Shown here: piece by piece, positions 1 through 12,788 of the stretch
How the letters are laid out: the number at the start of each line of letters is the position of its first letter
How positions within the stretch are numbered: position 1 is the first letter of the stretch
Assembly (NCBI GenBank): GCA_004431415.1
Contig: QPMI01000159.1
Coordinates: 84,327-148,326, forward strand
From: Cyanophora paradoxa CCMP329
Lineage: Eukaryota > Plantae > Glaucophyta
Direction of reading: 5' to 3'
Length of the DNA stretch: 64,000 nt
Position numbers and translations under genes: made by a program
The notes under the pieces: generated by a model
What the model was told of the DNA's origin: nothing
Seen by the model: only the letters and a program-made list of their open reading frames with translations
Databases searched by the model: none

Positions 1-751
1 AGGTCCGTCCAGGATCGAATTTTCGGGGTCGGCTGGGTTCTCGCGGCCCGGCGCATCTGTAAAGCGTGCGGAATGCTTCCTCTACATCTTAAATGGTTAT
101 GCTATCATTCCGCGCATGCGCCGCGGCGTGGGCGCGCGGAAAGATGTCCGGGTCTGTCCAGGATCGAATTTTTGCTGTCCGGTACCTTCCTGCGCTGCTC
201 CGGGTTCGAAAAGCGGATTTCGGGGGTGTGCAGGCCCTGCTATGTCTCTGCGCGCCCGTACGCATCGATTGCGCGCGTCGCGGGACCGGCCGGAACCGGC
301 CGGATCAAATTTTCGGCCGACTCTTCGCACTGGAGCGTCGACGGCGCCCGAAATCGAGTTTGCGGCGATGCGCTCGCCCTCGCGCGTCATTCTGTATCGT
401 TCTGGGGCGTCCCTGGCGCGATTTCGTCGCGGGACCGGGCGGGACCGGGTCCCACCTTCGGACTCGGACTGCATTTGTCGGAGGTTAAGTACCGGAATTG
501 ATCCAGAGGGAAATTCGATTTTCGCGCGACGCCCACGGGAGAGCGGTCGTCTTAGGGGAGCCAGGACGCTAAAAATGGCTGTGTGGGAGTTCGGGCAGCT
601 GTGTAGTCTAGAGCAATCGCGTCGGTGTCGAGGCAGAATTAATAATTCGTCCTCGAGGGAGTGCGACACGGAAATTATTTAGCATGGGGGATCTCGAGTG
701 GAAAAAAAGGTTAAAAAAGGAATTTCGGTCGTCGGTTTTTGGTTTTGAGAC
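1..751. repeat. Copy 1 (5'-truncated by window edge) of a ~1 kb dispersed/tandem repeat
   Basis: 1-750 aligns almost base-for-base with ~1303-2061 (offset ~1302); shared end GGAAAAAAAGGTTAAAAAAGGAATT..TTTTGAGA. Confidence 0.9.
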
Positions 752-1011
752 AAGATCCGTGCTCCTGCGGAGCACTAAGTACGGCGAAGCCTCGCGGACG
801 CCCTCGCGGCTGTCACAGTAGGCCTATAGGGCACTGGCCAGCGGCCTGGCCGATCGCGAACAGCTTTCTGGCTAGAAGCTGGCTGGCTGACGGCCAGTCC
901 AGCTAGTGCTGGTCGGCTAGAGGAATATTAATGCCATGATGTACTGAGCGAGGAAATAATTAAAGGGTGGAGCAGATCGATCTAGATTGAGAGGAGATTA
1001 ATTATATAATA

Positions 1012-2061
1012 TTGTTGGGAAGGAGGCCCGGGAGGGGCGAGGTTCTCGCGGCCAGGCGCATGCACAGAGCTTGCGAATCGCTTAAAAAGAATCTCGAACG
1101 CATATAGCATCGATGTGCAGGTCTGCGGAGGCGAGGGCGCGCGGAAAGATGTGCAGGCGTGGCCAGGATCGAATTTTTGCGTCGGCTGGATTGCCGCGCC
1201 CTGTCGCGTCCGCAGAGCTCGCGCAAAGCTTTACAAAGAGCTCAAATGAATATTGTAGCGATGCGCATGCGCGAGGATGCGAGGGCGCGCGGAAAGATGT
1301 GCAGGTCTGTAGAGGATCGAATTTTCGGGGTGGGCTGGGTCCCCGCGGCCCCGCGCATCTGTAAAGCGTGCGGAAGGTTTCTTCTACATCTCAAATGCTT
1401 ATGTTATCGTTCCGCGCATGCGCCGCGGCGTGGGCGCGCGGAAAGATGTCCGGGCCCGTGCAGGATCGAATTTTTGCCATCGGGTACCTTCCTGCGCTGT
1501 TGCGGCTCCGAAAAGCGGATTTCGGGGGTGGGCAGGCCGTGCTATGTCTATGCGCGCCAGTACGCATGGATTGCGCGCGTCGCGGGACCGGCCGGAACCG
1601 GCCGGATCAAATTTTCGGCCGACTCTTCGCACTGGAGCGTCGACGGCGCCCGAAATCGAGTTTGCGGCGATGCGCTCGCCCTCGCGCGGCATTCTGTATC
1701 GTTCTGGGGCGTCCCTGGCGCGATTTCGTCGCGGGACCGGGCGCGACCGGGTCCCACCTTCTGACTCGGACTGCATTTGTCGGAGGTTAAGTACCGGAAT
1801 TGATCCAGAGGGAATTTCGATTTTCGCGCGACGCCCACGGGGGAGCGGTCGTCTTAGGGGAGTCAGGACGCTAAAAATGGATCTAGAGAGGTCTGTGGGG
1901 GTTAGGGTAGCTGAGTCATTAGCAACAATCGCGTCGGTGTCGAGGCAGAATTAATAATTCTGCCTCGAGGGAGTGCGACACGGAAATTATTTAGCAGGGG
2001 GGATCTCGAGTGGAAAAAAAGGTTAAAAAAGGAATTCCGCTCGTCGGTTTTTGGGTTTGAG
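1012..2061. repeat. Copy 2 of ~1 kb repeat with internal ~150-bp subrepeats (GCGCGCGGAAAGATGT..AGGATCGAATTTT)
   Basis: Subrepeat seen at ~1137, ~1285, ~1433 and at ~132 in copy 1; left boundary uncertain. Confidence 0.8.
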
Positions 2062-3022
2062 AAAGAGGCTTCGCCTGAAAGAGGCTTCGCCTGATATCGA
2101 ATCTTATCGATCATGATCATGAATTCGAAATTCGAATTCGAAGCTGAAGCTTAATTACTAAGCCTTGAAGTCAAGGAGCCTGGCCATGGGACCTGTGCGC
2201 GCAGGGCGCGCAGCCCAGTGGCGATCGCGAGCTCCAGGCCAAGCTCAGCGGCTATCATAGGCCCGGCGGCCCGCGGCTCCTGAGGAACCAAGCCCGGCTG
2301 CTTCAATATTAATTGCAATGCGCATGCAGCAATTAATTGCAAGCTGACTCACGACTCGCGCTAGCTATATAGCGCTCGCGCGCGCCCCGCTCGTCTTAGG
2401 ATGTGCAAGGTGGGGTCTAAATAATAGAGACAGCATCTAGATCTGCAGCTAACCCTCGATCTCGCAGCCGAGCGAAAAACCAAATTAAAATATATATAAA
2501 AGGCCGCGCAGAACAAATTCAAAAGCCCCGCGCGCGCGCTGCGCCCGCCCCCCCCCTCCCCCCCCTCCCCCCCCCCCCTTCCTCCTCCCTTCTCCCTTCC
2601 CGGAGCCCCTTCAAGGCTTCTCTGTAGCTAGTCCAGCGCCGGCGCGGCACTGCCGCCCCCCGGCGCCTTTGCGCGCCGGCCCCGGCCCCGGCCCCTTGCA
2701 ATTGGGAGCTCAGCGGCTCGAGCCTTGTGATCAGGGCCTCAGGGCCTGCGAGCCCGGGGCCCGGGCGACGAATACGTGTACGCAGGCCTAGGGCCCCGCG
2801 GCCGCGGCCCGGGGGCGCCCTAGCTACGCCTATGTACTACGGTACACGCGGGGCCGGGCCTTCCATTTCTTTCCGAAATTCATGAGCTCGAGGCGTTGAG
2901 CTCTCATGATCACCCAGGCTGCAGCTGGCAGCTGCGGATGCAGTGAATTCCGCAGCTCCGAAAGATCATGACTTCCGACACAAACGTGCACAGCGGCGCC
3001 GGGCGCGACGACTGCCCGGCCC

Positions 3023-6000
3023 CTAACTCTGCGCCGCGGCGAGCCGCAGCACGAGCTCCTGCGCGCAGGGCAGCGAGAGCCAAGTCAGAACAGCGGGCTA
3101 CCGCGGGGGCCCGGTGCGGAGCGGGGCGGGGCGGGGCGGGCCTGGCGGTGCGGCTGGGGGCTCTCGACAGCGATGCGGACCCGCACGCGCTCGAAGAGGC
3201 GCAGCGCCAGCCCCTCCGACACCAGCGCCTGCTCCTCGTCCCTGGCCACGGCCCCCGCTGCGTCAGCCCGCCGCTCCTTGGAGGGTGGGGTGGGGGGTAC
3301 GGGAATCGGAGCGCACAGGTAGGAGAAGAGGGGGCCCTCGGGAAGCCCCGGGCCGCCCTTCTTGGGGTCCGCCCCCTGCCTCCGCTTGGCACCCTTCACG
3401 TTCACGTTCACGATCCCCTCGAACCCGTACTAGGGAGGGAGGGGGGTATCGGAATGAAAAGAAACGAGAAAGGGACCCGCCGGGATTCGAGCGGGGGCTC
3501 CATCGGACCTTGGGCACGAGGACGACGACGCCGTTCGAGCGGACGCGGATGACCATCGCGTCGTCCTCCACCACCTGAGGCGATCGAGCTAGCGCTCAGG
3601 CGAACGAAGGGGCGTTCGCCCAGGCGAACGTTCGCCCGCCCGCTCGCTTGCCTTGCCCCGGAAGAAGATGAGTGTGTGGAGCTGCACAGAGGCTCGCCCC
3701 GCGCGCTGCGCCATCAGGTGCCGCCTGTTCATCACTGCGCCGGCGCCCGAGAACAAGTCAGCGAGCCGAGTCGGCGAGTCGCGTCTAAGGGTCTCGGGCC
3801 CCATCGCGGACCCTCGCAGGCCTTGCCGACGGTCTCCTTGTTCTGCAGGTGGTCCGCGAGGGACTCGAGCCCGATGCACGCCGCCAGCAGCCGGTGCACC
3901 AGCACGTCTGACGAAAGAGGCGCCGTGAGGGGCGGCGAAGGAAGGTGGGGAGGAGCGGGGCGCGCCGGCGTATCGCCGGATGGGCGACGTGAAGTGCGTG
4001 TAGAGGGGGCACGCCTGCGGCCGAGGAACCTCAGCCCACCGGATCGAATGTTTTCGGCGCAGGCGCCGGGCGCACGAGGCCGTAGTGGACGTAGTTCTCG
4101 CGCGCGACCTCGCCCGAAGAGAAGTACACCGCCTGGATTCGAGCCGGGGTTCGGAGGGATCGGGCGGGGCGCGCGGGAGGGGGGGGGGAGGGGGGAGGGG
4201 GGGGGGGGGGGCGATCGCGCCTGGTTCATGCAGCGCGTCGAGAGGATGCGGACGAGCTTGTTGAAGTACGGCTGGTCCTTAATCTGGGGGGGTACGGTGA
4301 GGTTGAGGGGGCGGGGGTACGCTGCGCTGTCGTCTCGGAGGGAGGGGAACGTGCGCGCACGATTGCGCGGTCCAGGGACTCGGCGAGCTCCTTGGAAGTC
4401 GAGACCTGGGTGGGGCGGGCGTTGGCGCGACCGGCACAGCAGAGGGCGGAGGCGCCGGCGCTCGCTGAGGAAAGGCGGGGCGCGGGGCGCGGGGCGGCGG
4501 AGCCTGCCTTGAGCTCGATGCCGCGGCGGCGGCAGGCGGCGACGAGCTGGTCGAAGGCGTGGGGGAAGGGCGGCGGGTGCCGCCTCAGCACCGAGCACTG
4601 CGGGAAGTGCTGCACGATCTGCCCGCACGCGAGAAGGTTAGCAGAGATGGCGGCGTCGTCGTAAGCTTAAGAGGACGTTATTACAAGGAATCACGAGGGC
4701 AGGCTGGTGGGCACGGTATCGAAAGAATCGCAGTCAAGCATTGAGGATCGTTATACGATCTAGAAGCTCTTATCTCTTGTCTTTGTGTGGGACATCACCT
4801 TCTCGGCGACGGAGCAGTTGGCGAGGAGCATGAACTCCTCCACCAGCGAGTTCGCCTCCTTCGTCTCGTACAGCGCTGAGGGCGGGGTTGGGGGGTACGT
4901 GAGCTTTCCGGAAGGGTGGGGGTGGGGGTGGATGGGTGGGGGGATGGGTTCAGGCGCGCCCATGTCGATCGGGTCCGAGGTCTCGAGGTCGATTTCGAAG
5001 CGGACCTGGGGAGGGGGGGGGGTAAAGGGAGGGGTACCCCGCTTCCGGGGACGGGAGGTACGAGGTTCACCTCCGGGGAGGCCAGGGTAAGGGCGCCCGC
5101 CTCAATGCGTTTCCTCTTCAGCTCCTGGGGTACGATCACGAAAAGAGGGGGGAGGGAATGAGGAGGGGCCGGGGTACCTTGGCGAGCCTGTTCAGGTTGC
5201 GTATGTCCTGCGTCAGGTCGCTCTTGTCCTTCCTGCACCCGGTCCGACCGTCAGCCGACTGAGAGCGGGGCCCGAGAAGGAAGGGAGGAGGCGGGGCGCG
5301 CGGGTCGTCCATGCGGTTCTGGGCCTCGCCATAGCTCAGCGCCGCCACCGATTTGATCACCGCCTGCCGCCCCGCCTCAGAAGAGGGGAGGGGGGGGGGC
5401 GGGGGGGTGCGCCCGCCTTGAAGAACTCGACGCGGACGATGTCGGCCTTGGGCGTGAGCTCCTGCGGGGGGGAAGGAAGAAGGGGTACGCTCGGCGGGGC
5501 TGCAGGAAAGGAGGGGAGGCGGCGGCGGGGTGGCGCGCCCAGACGACGGAGAAGGTGAGGCGGTCCCTCTGCCCCACCAGCGAACAGATGTCTGCGGGCG
5601 GGGGCGAGCGGGCGGGCGATCGTTAGGCCCCACGCGTCTCGCCTAGACCTGACGCGTAGCGCGCGAGCGAGCTAGGGGCGGGTGCCGTGCGGTCCAAGTC
5701 TAGGTCTAGGTTCGCTTCTTCTTCTTCTCGACCTAGATCTGGACCGCTTCATCTTCGCGCGCACCGGTGGTGAGCTGCTCGGGGAGCATGTCGATGCGGC
5801 GCCCGACGAGGTACACCGACGTCGAGCGCGCCGCCCCCTCCACGTCCAGCGCCGTCCCCGCCTGCCCGAGCGAGGCGCGTAGGCTTAGGGGCTTAGGCTT
5901 AGGGGCCGCCTGGGCGCGCGGGCGGGCGCGCCTTGACGAAGTGGGAGACGTCGGCGATGTCTTGGGGGGGCGGGTACACCGGTCGAGGGGCGCAGCGCGG

Positions 6001-8485
6001 GCGGGAGGGAGAGACAGGGGGGCGGGGGAGGGCAGCGCTGCGCCGCGGCGCGCGCACGCGGGGCGACAAGGATACGGACACCGACCTGAGGGGGGAAAAG
6101 GAAACGAAGGGCGTCAGCGAGGAAAGCGCGGTGAAACGAGCGGACGGTCGGGCGGGCGGACCTCGAAGTTGCCGTTGGGGAGGGCGCGGCAGTGCAGCGC
6201 GTCGTCGATGTCCTTGCAGCCTTCGGAGGGCAGCCGTCGACGTCGGTTGGAGAGGGGGCGCGGGGCGCGGGGCGCGGGCCGGACGCACCGGGCGGGTCGA
6301 TGGAGCAGACGCGGAGGCCCCGCAGGTCCTGTACCCCCCACCCTCCTATCAGCTCTGGCTCGGAACGGGAGGAGGGCGGGCGGGCGGGCAGGCGCCTTCC
6401 GGGCGGAGAGGTCCTCGTTCTCGATGCGCCAGGGCGCCTTCGGGAGGCACGCCATGCAATCCTCGCTGCGCGCGCGCGCGAGGTTACGAAGGGAGGAAGA
6501 GATGGGGGGTACGGGGCGATGCGGGGCGGGGGGACCTGAAGGGGTGTACGGGGATGTCGTTCTCGTGCAGGAGAACCTCCGTCTCGGCGGCCTGAGGAGG
6601 GGGTACGGCGTCAGAGAAGGTGTGTACGGGGTACCCGCTACGGGAAAAAGGGGCGGGAGGGAGCGCACCTTGTCTCCGATGGGTCCGATGATGCGCACGT
6701 AGTGGCCGGAGGGGTACCTGCAACGCGACCGCCCGCTCGGATTCGGGGAGGAGGGGTACATTAACAACTGCGCGCCTGGAGTGGCGGTCCCAGCCGTCGA
6801 TGGATACGACAATGCGCTTGCCCGCCAGCAGCGACGACTGCCGCGTGTGGATCCGGATCTGCGAGGGCGTACACATAATGAGGACCCGGTCGCGGGAAGG
6901 GGGCGAGCGGGGGGTACGTGGCGCGCCTTCGGGATCTTGCGGTCGACGGCCACGAAGAGGACCTGCGCGCGCGGGGATTCGAACCAGCGACGCTCGCGCG
7001 GGCGGGGTACGGGCTCCGCGCCTTCTCGCCCCGCGGGGGGTTCCCGTCCGCGTCCGTCTCGATGGAGCCGCAGTACCTGCCGGGCGACGGACCGTGGGCC
7101 GGGGGGGGGGTACGTCCACGCAGAGGGGGGGTACGCCGCGTCGCGCCGCGCACGGGCGCCAGTTGCGCTTGATGACGCCCAGGACGCGCCCCGTGGGCTG
7201 CTTCTCGCCCGAGGGCGCGATCCCGACGCCTTCGATCGGCTCCGCCTGCTCGTCCTTCTTGCCCTTCGCCGCCCCCGCCGCAGCCTTCGGCTTGGCCGCC
7301 CCTTTCTCCTTCCCCCCCGCCTTCTCCTTCTCGCCCCCGGCCTCCCCCGCCGCCTCGTCCTCCTCCTCATCCTCGTCGTTGTCTGCCGCGCTCTCGTTCA
7401 GGGGGTACGGCATCGTCTGGAGGGTGGGGGGGTAGCGCGCGCACCCACGGCGAGGCGGTCCGAGGGGGCCCTCCACTGCGACTCGGGCAGCAGCTGCGGG
7501 TGCGGGTCGGGTCGCCGGGGGGTACGCGGGCGGGGCTCGGGGGATGGGGGGTACGTGCGCACCTGGACCGCGACGACGTCCCCGTCGATCGCGCGGTTCA
7601 GATCCTCGCGGCCCCGAATCAGGATGTCCTTGTCCAGATCTGGATGTACCCGACCCCGCTCGAGGGGGTACGGCTCGCAGAGCGGGCTGGGGGTACGCGA
7701 ATCGCGCACCCTGGGCGAAAAGGTACCCCTCGAAGCAGTTGTAGGGGTTCATACGAAGTGATCCCTGGTAAACGTTGCCCGCCTTGACGCGCTCCGCGAT
7801 CTCGGAGGGGCTGAGGTGCTGCGGGGCGCACCCTCAGGCCAGGCGCCGGCGCAGCGGGGTACGCGATGCGGGCGCGGGTCCTCCCACCTCGGGGTACAGG
7901 CACTTGCGCTTTCCAGGCCGCGTATCCCCCTCCTGCTCTTCCACCGCCTGCACTGGGGCCTCAACGGGGTGCGGAGAGTAAGGGAGGGGATGGCGGGGGG
8001 TACGGGGCCCGCCTCGCCGTCGCCGTCGCCGCCGGCGCGGGCCACAAGGTCGAGGAGCGCCGGGTGGTCCGTCAACGATTTCACGTACTCCAGCACTGGT
8101 GGGGCGCGTCGGCTTCAAGTTTGGCCGCGGCTCCCAGGCCCTGCGCAGCGTACCCGTCTGGCACTGGAGCCCCGCCTCGATCGCCTTCCGCTTGTTCCCG
8201 GCGTCGTTCGTGATCAAAACGACCTGCGCGCGAATCGGGTCGGTTAGCGAGGGTCCGCAGCGGAGCGCGCCGGGCGGCTCGCCTGGGGCGCGGGGTCCCT
8301 CCTCGACAAATGCTTCCCGTACCACTCCGTCGCCACGCGGATCGCTGCGCCGCCGTCGGCGCGCGCTCGAGCCGCGCTACCGCTGGGCAAGCGAGCGCGC
8401 TCGCGCACCGCGGTCGTTCCTGTCGTTCGCGCTCTCGCTCGGCTGCTGCTCCACGTACGTCTCCCTGCGCTCGCCCCGGGCGGCT

Positions 8486-8520
<35 letters not shown>

Positions 8521-9097
8521 CAGCGGCGGAGCGCGGGCGTCCGCACCGGTGGTGCTCGTTGGAGAAGAGGTGGAAGTGCTTCGCGGCGTCCCCGAGGGCC
8601 GTGCGCAGGCGGTTGTACGTGCTCATGTTGAGGTTCTTCGTCTCCTGCAGCACCGTCTGCAGCACGATCACGTTCGTCCCCGCCGGCAGGTTCTCCACGA
8701 CGTCCATCTGCGACGCGGGCGCTGCCTCAGCCGCGCCTGGCCCAGGGGCTGGCAGCGGCGGCGCGATCGGCTCCGGGGACAGCCCGAGCGGAGCCCGGGG
8801 GTCGAGTGCAGCGCAGCCGTAGCATCGCTCATGCGTAGCTAAGCGCCGCAGGCCCGGCGGCAGCGCCGGGGCACCGCGAGTGTGCCTGCGCAGCGCGGAG
8901 CGAACCTGGTGGATGATCACATTCGTGTCGAGGAGCACGTAGGCGTTGGCCGTCGCATTGAGCTTCGGGGTCTCGTTCTTGCAGTCGCTGCAGCCCTGCA
9001 CGCCGCAGTAGATGTCGTCGCGCAGGTAGTGCTCTCGCACGACCTTGACGACGTTCCCCTTGCGCGTGCGCTTTGCGAACGCCTTGTTGATCTGCAT
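3023..9097 (-). CDS. DIS3: Exosome exoribonuclease DIS3/RRP44 (multi-exon)
   Basis: N-term KRTRKGNVVKVVREHYLRDDI+CR3 cysteines; PIN motifs LLDTNV, FSNEHH, LITND; RNB motifs [42 protein letters not shown]; last exon ELVLRLAAAQS*. Confidence 0.95.
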
Positions 9098-9469
9098 CGA
9101 TCCCCGCGCTCCCCTTTGCGAGCTGCGAAGCTGGTTCTAGGCTTCGCTGCCTGCCGGGTACACTGAAATTGGACAGCTGCAGCAGCGCGGCCGCTTCCGA
9201 GCGTACGGCGTGCTGGCAGTGTGCTTGCCTTGAAGCGAGGTGCTCGCCCTTCGCCGCCGACCCACCTCGAGCGCCCGCTCCACGCGTCTCACACGCCTCG
9301 CAGAGCGCGGCCAGCTCCGAACTTCGAAAAAGCGGCGGCTTAGCTTGCAGAGGAGACAGCGGGACCGCTAGCCGAGCTGCACAGAGGTGAGGCGCTACAG
9401 CCCGAGCACGGGGCGCGGCGCGGCGAGAGCCGATCGCGCCGGCGCCGCAGGGTTAGCGCCCGGCGCGGG

Positions 9470-10478
9470 ATGCGCGCCAACGCGAAACTGGTGCTCGAGG
9501 GCGCGAGCGTCCTGCTCGTGCCCTACGAGAAGGAGCACGTCGTCCAGTACAGTGCGCCCCGTTTTCGCACCGGACGGGCCGGTGCCAGCGCTAGCCAGAT
9601 CGATTCCGGGCTCCACGCGCGCTTGCGGACTGACCGGATGCGCGCTCGCGTCCGCGCCCGCCGCGCAGACCGGTGGATGCAGGACGCGACGCTGCAGGAG
9701 CTGACGGGGAGCGAGCCGCTGACGCTGGAGGAAGAGTACGAGATGCAGCGGAGCTGGCGCGAGGACGAGAAGAAGCTCACGTTCATCCTGCTCGACCCGA
9801 CGCTGCCAGACACGGAGGGCACGGGCCAGCACGGCGGCGGTGCGCGGGAATTGAAGCCTTCACAGCCCCTGCGCGGCCCCTCTCCGGTCCGCTGATTCCG
9901 CGGCCGGTACCAGGCATGGCCGGGGACGTAAACGTCTACTTCCACGACTACCTGGACCCCGGCACCGGCGAGATCGAGGTCATGGTGCCCTCCCCTCCCA
10001 TCCGTACCCCCCTCCCCGGCTGCCCGGTACCCCCGCGTCCCGCCCCGACGCGGCGGATCCGGACAGGTCGCGGAGCCGCAATGCAGGCGGAAAGGCATCG
10101 CCTCCGAGGCGCTCGGCATCATGATGGTACCCCCCGCCGGCCTCAACCTGTACCCCCCAAAAAAGATCGCCCCGGCAGCACTACGGGGCGGAGGACCTGG
10201 GCGTGCAGCGCTACGAGGCGAAGATCAAGGAGCACAACGCCGCCTCGATCGCCATGTTTGAGAAGGTGGGACCCCGCGCCGTGCCCGCCGCTTCAAATTC
10301 GAATCGCATCGCTCTCGAACTCACACACGTTCCGGGTCTTTGACAGTTGGGGTACAGCTTCGTGAGCCGGTCGGAGGCGTTCGGGGAGGTGACGTACGAG
10401 TACGTGGTAACCCCCGAGGCGCGGGCCGCCCTGGCCGCCCGCTGCGCCGGCGTCAAGCGCAGGCCCTACGCCGGCTAG
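9470..10478 (+). CDS. NAT9: N-acetyltransferase 9-like GNAT (multi-exon)
   Basis: [82 protein letters not shown] across GT-AG introns. Confidence 0.92.
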
Positions 10479-10848
10479 CCCCCGGCCCCGGGCCCGGGCC
10501 CCCGGGCCCTGGGCCCCCGACCCCGTCCTCCGTCTGCCGCCTGGCCCCGCCTCTCGAGCATTCATTTTGCAGCACAGTGCAGCCGCCCACGGGCGTTTAG
10601 CCCTCCAGGGCCGCTGCTCAGGCCGTGGCCAAGCCGCCGCCGCGCAGCCGCTGAGTCATCGCAGCAGCTGAGAATCTTGAAATCGACCTGAAATAACACT
10701 CACTCACGCACAAGAGGGGCGAGAGGAGCAGTATAATACACGGGGCCGCGGACTGCAGCGCTAGATCGAGGGGAAAAGGTGTCGGAAAAAAAGTCCTAGC
10801 TATAGCCTAGTAGGGGTACCTACACTAACGCTACGAGGGAGCTGGGGG

Positions 10849-12325
10849 CTACGCGAGCCCGAAGCGACGGGTACGGCCTTGGAACCACAGGAGCGCGTCC
10901 CCGAACTCCCGGGTACCGAAATCCGGCCAGAACGTGTTCGCAACGTACAGCTCGGCGTACGCCGCCTGAGGGGGGGGGAGAAGTGAGCAGGGATACGGCG
11001 ATTGGGCACACTAGAGGAGGGGGGGAGGGGTGGGGCGAGCGGACCTGCCAGAGGAGGAAGTTGGACAGCCGGTGCTCGCCCCCGGAGCGGATGACGAGGT
11101 CGGGGTCCGGGGTACGCGATTCGCCGGGGCCGGCGCTGGTGAAGAGGTACCCGGCGACGGTCTCCTCGGTGATGGACTCGGGGTCCAGGAGCCCGTCGCG
11201 CGCCCGCCGGGCGATCTCGCGCGCCGCGTGCGCGATCTCGTCCCGCCCTCCGTAGTTCAGGGCGATGCGGAGCTGCAGCTTGCCGTTGCCCCGCGTCCGC
11301 CGCTCCGCCGCCGCCGCCTCCCGCTGGAGCGCCGCGGGCAGCGCGCCGAGGTCCCCGGCGAACCGCACGCGGACGCCGTTCTTGTCCAGCGCATCCATTT
11401 CGCGCGCGAGGGCCCGCGAGAAGAGCCCCATCAGGAACTCGACCTCTGCGCGCGCGCGCGCACGCGAGCCGCGTCCGGTTGGCGGGAGAGCGGCGGCGGC
11501 GGCGGCGCGGGCGGGAGCGCGGCGGAGCCGGGGTCGCACCGGCGGGTTTTCTGCTGCGGTTCTCGGTTGAGAAGGCGTAGACCGTGAGGTGCTCGACGCC
11601 CCAGGAGAGGCACGCGCGGACGATGTTGCGCAGCGCCTCCACGCCGCGCTCGTGGCCCGCGATCCGCGGCATGCCGCGCTGCCTTGCCCACCGCCCGTTG
11701 CCGTCCATGATGATCGCCACGTGCCTCGGAACGAGCTCCGGCCTGCGCCGCGCCGCTCGGGCGGTCAAGCGATGCGGATTGAATCCTGCGAGCGCATCGC
11801 AGCGGCCCACCGCAGTTCTGGGGGCATCGGGATCCGCTCTTCATCGCCGTTCGGTGCATCCGCAACCGCCGCGCTGCTGCTGGGAACCGCGGGCGGATGC
11901 GGTTCTTGTTCCCGCCGCGAAGGATGCTCGACCGGCGTCCAGACCGACGGCACGTAGTCGGTCGCGCTGACGACGACGTCGTCCAGGAAGGGAACATCGA
12001 GGATGCGGCCTCCGAACGCGTCGTCTGGTGCAAAGTCGTTTGGCGCCTCGCAACGTGGTGCAGACGCCACGCGCGATCCCGTCCCGCGCGGCGTCGCCGG
12101 CGGGGCGGCGCGGAGAGGCGCCCTGCTGCCGACTACTGCGCTGTGCCGCAATCCTCGGTGGAAGGTCCGCGGCGGACGGGCGGGAGCAGCGATACAGGCC
12201 GCTGCCCGACGCTCTGCAGGCCGGACCGCATCGCAGCTCATCGCATCAGATCTGTCAAGCCACGATTCGGCCGCCCGCGCGGCCGCCGGTAACGCCGGGC
12301 AGCTGACGAAGCCCGCGAGATGCAT
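10849..12325 (-). CDS. cis-prenyltransferase (undecaprenyl-diphosphate-synthase family), probably plastid-targeted
   Basis: [62 protein letters not shown]-terminal RRFG; long Ala/Arg-rich N-terminal extension starting MHLAGFVS. Confidence 0.9.
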
Positions 12326-12788
12326 TTCGCCCGCTCGCCGCCGCTGGTGGTTGTTCGAGCACGCGCCCGTGGAATGCACGACCTCGGTGCGCAGTGCGCA
12401 GGCTCCTTGTCGCGTGCGGCTGCTCGGCCTTTTCCCGCTCCGATTTTCGCTCCGCGTACCCCAAGCTGCGAGAGTTGGTGTACTCCCCCGCAGAGGAAGC
12501 GGCTTTGCGGCAGGACGCCGCTGAAAGGCGCATTGGGAGCGCATCGGAAGCGCATCGGGAGCACAGCTAGTTAGGTTCGTAACGGTGCCCGGCGGCGCGC
12601 TCCACAGATCGCAACTCGCTGCGCATTCGAACCGCAGTGCGCGGCGCAAGGAATCATCGCGGGACTGACGCGCGCCCGCAGCGCAGCGCGCTGCGCGAGG
12701 CGGGCGTGGTTCGTCCCGCCGTCGTTCAAAGCAGCATCGGCGAGCACCAGCGCGGGTCGCAGCGCATGCGCGGCGCGGGCCATTCGAG

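Noticed and set aside
73-1954. Overlapping 130-200 aa ORFs in the repeat
   Set aside because: Occur in several frames on both strands of GC-rich repeat DNA; no protein motifs
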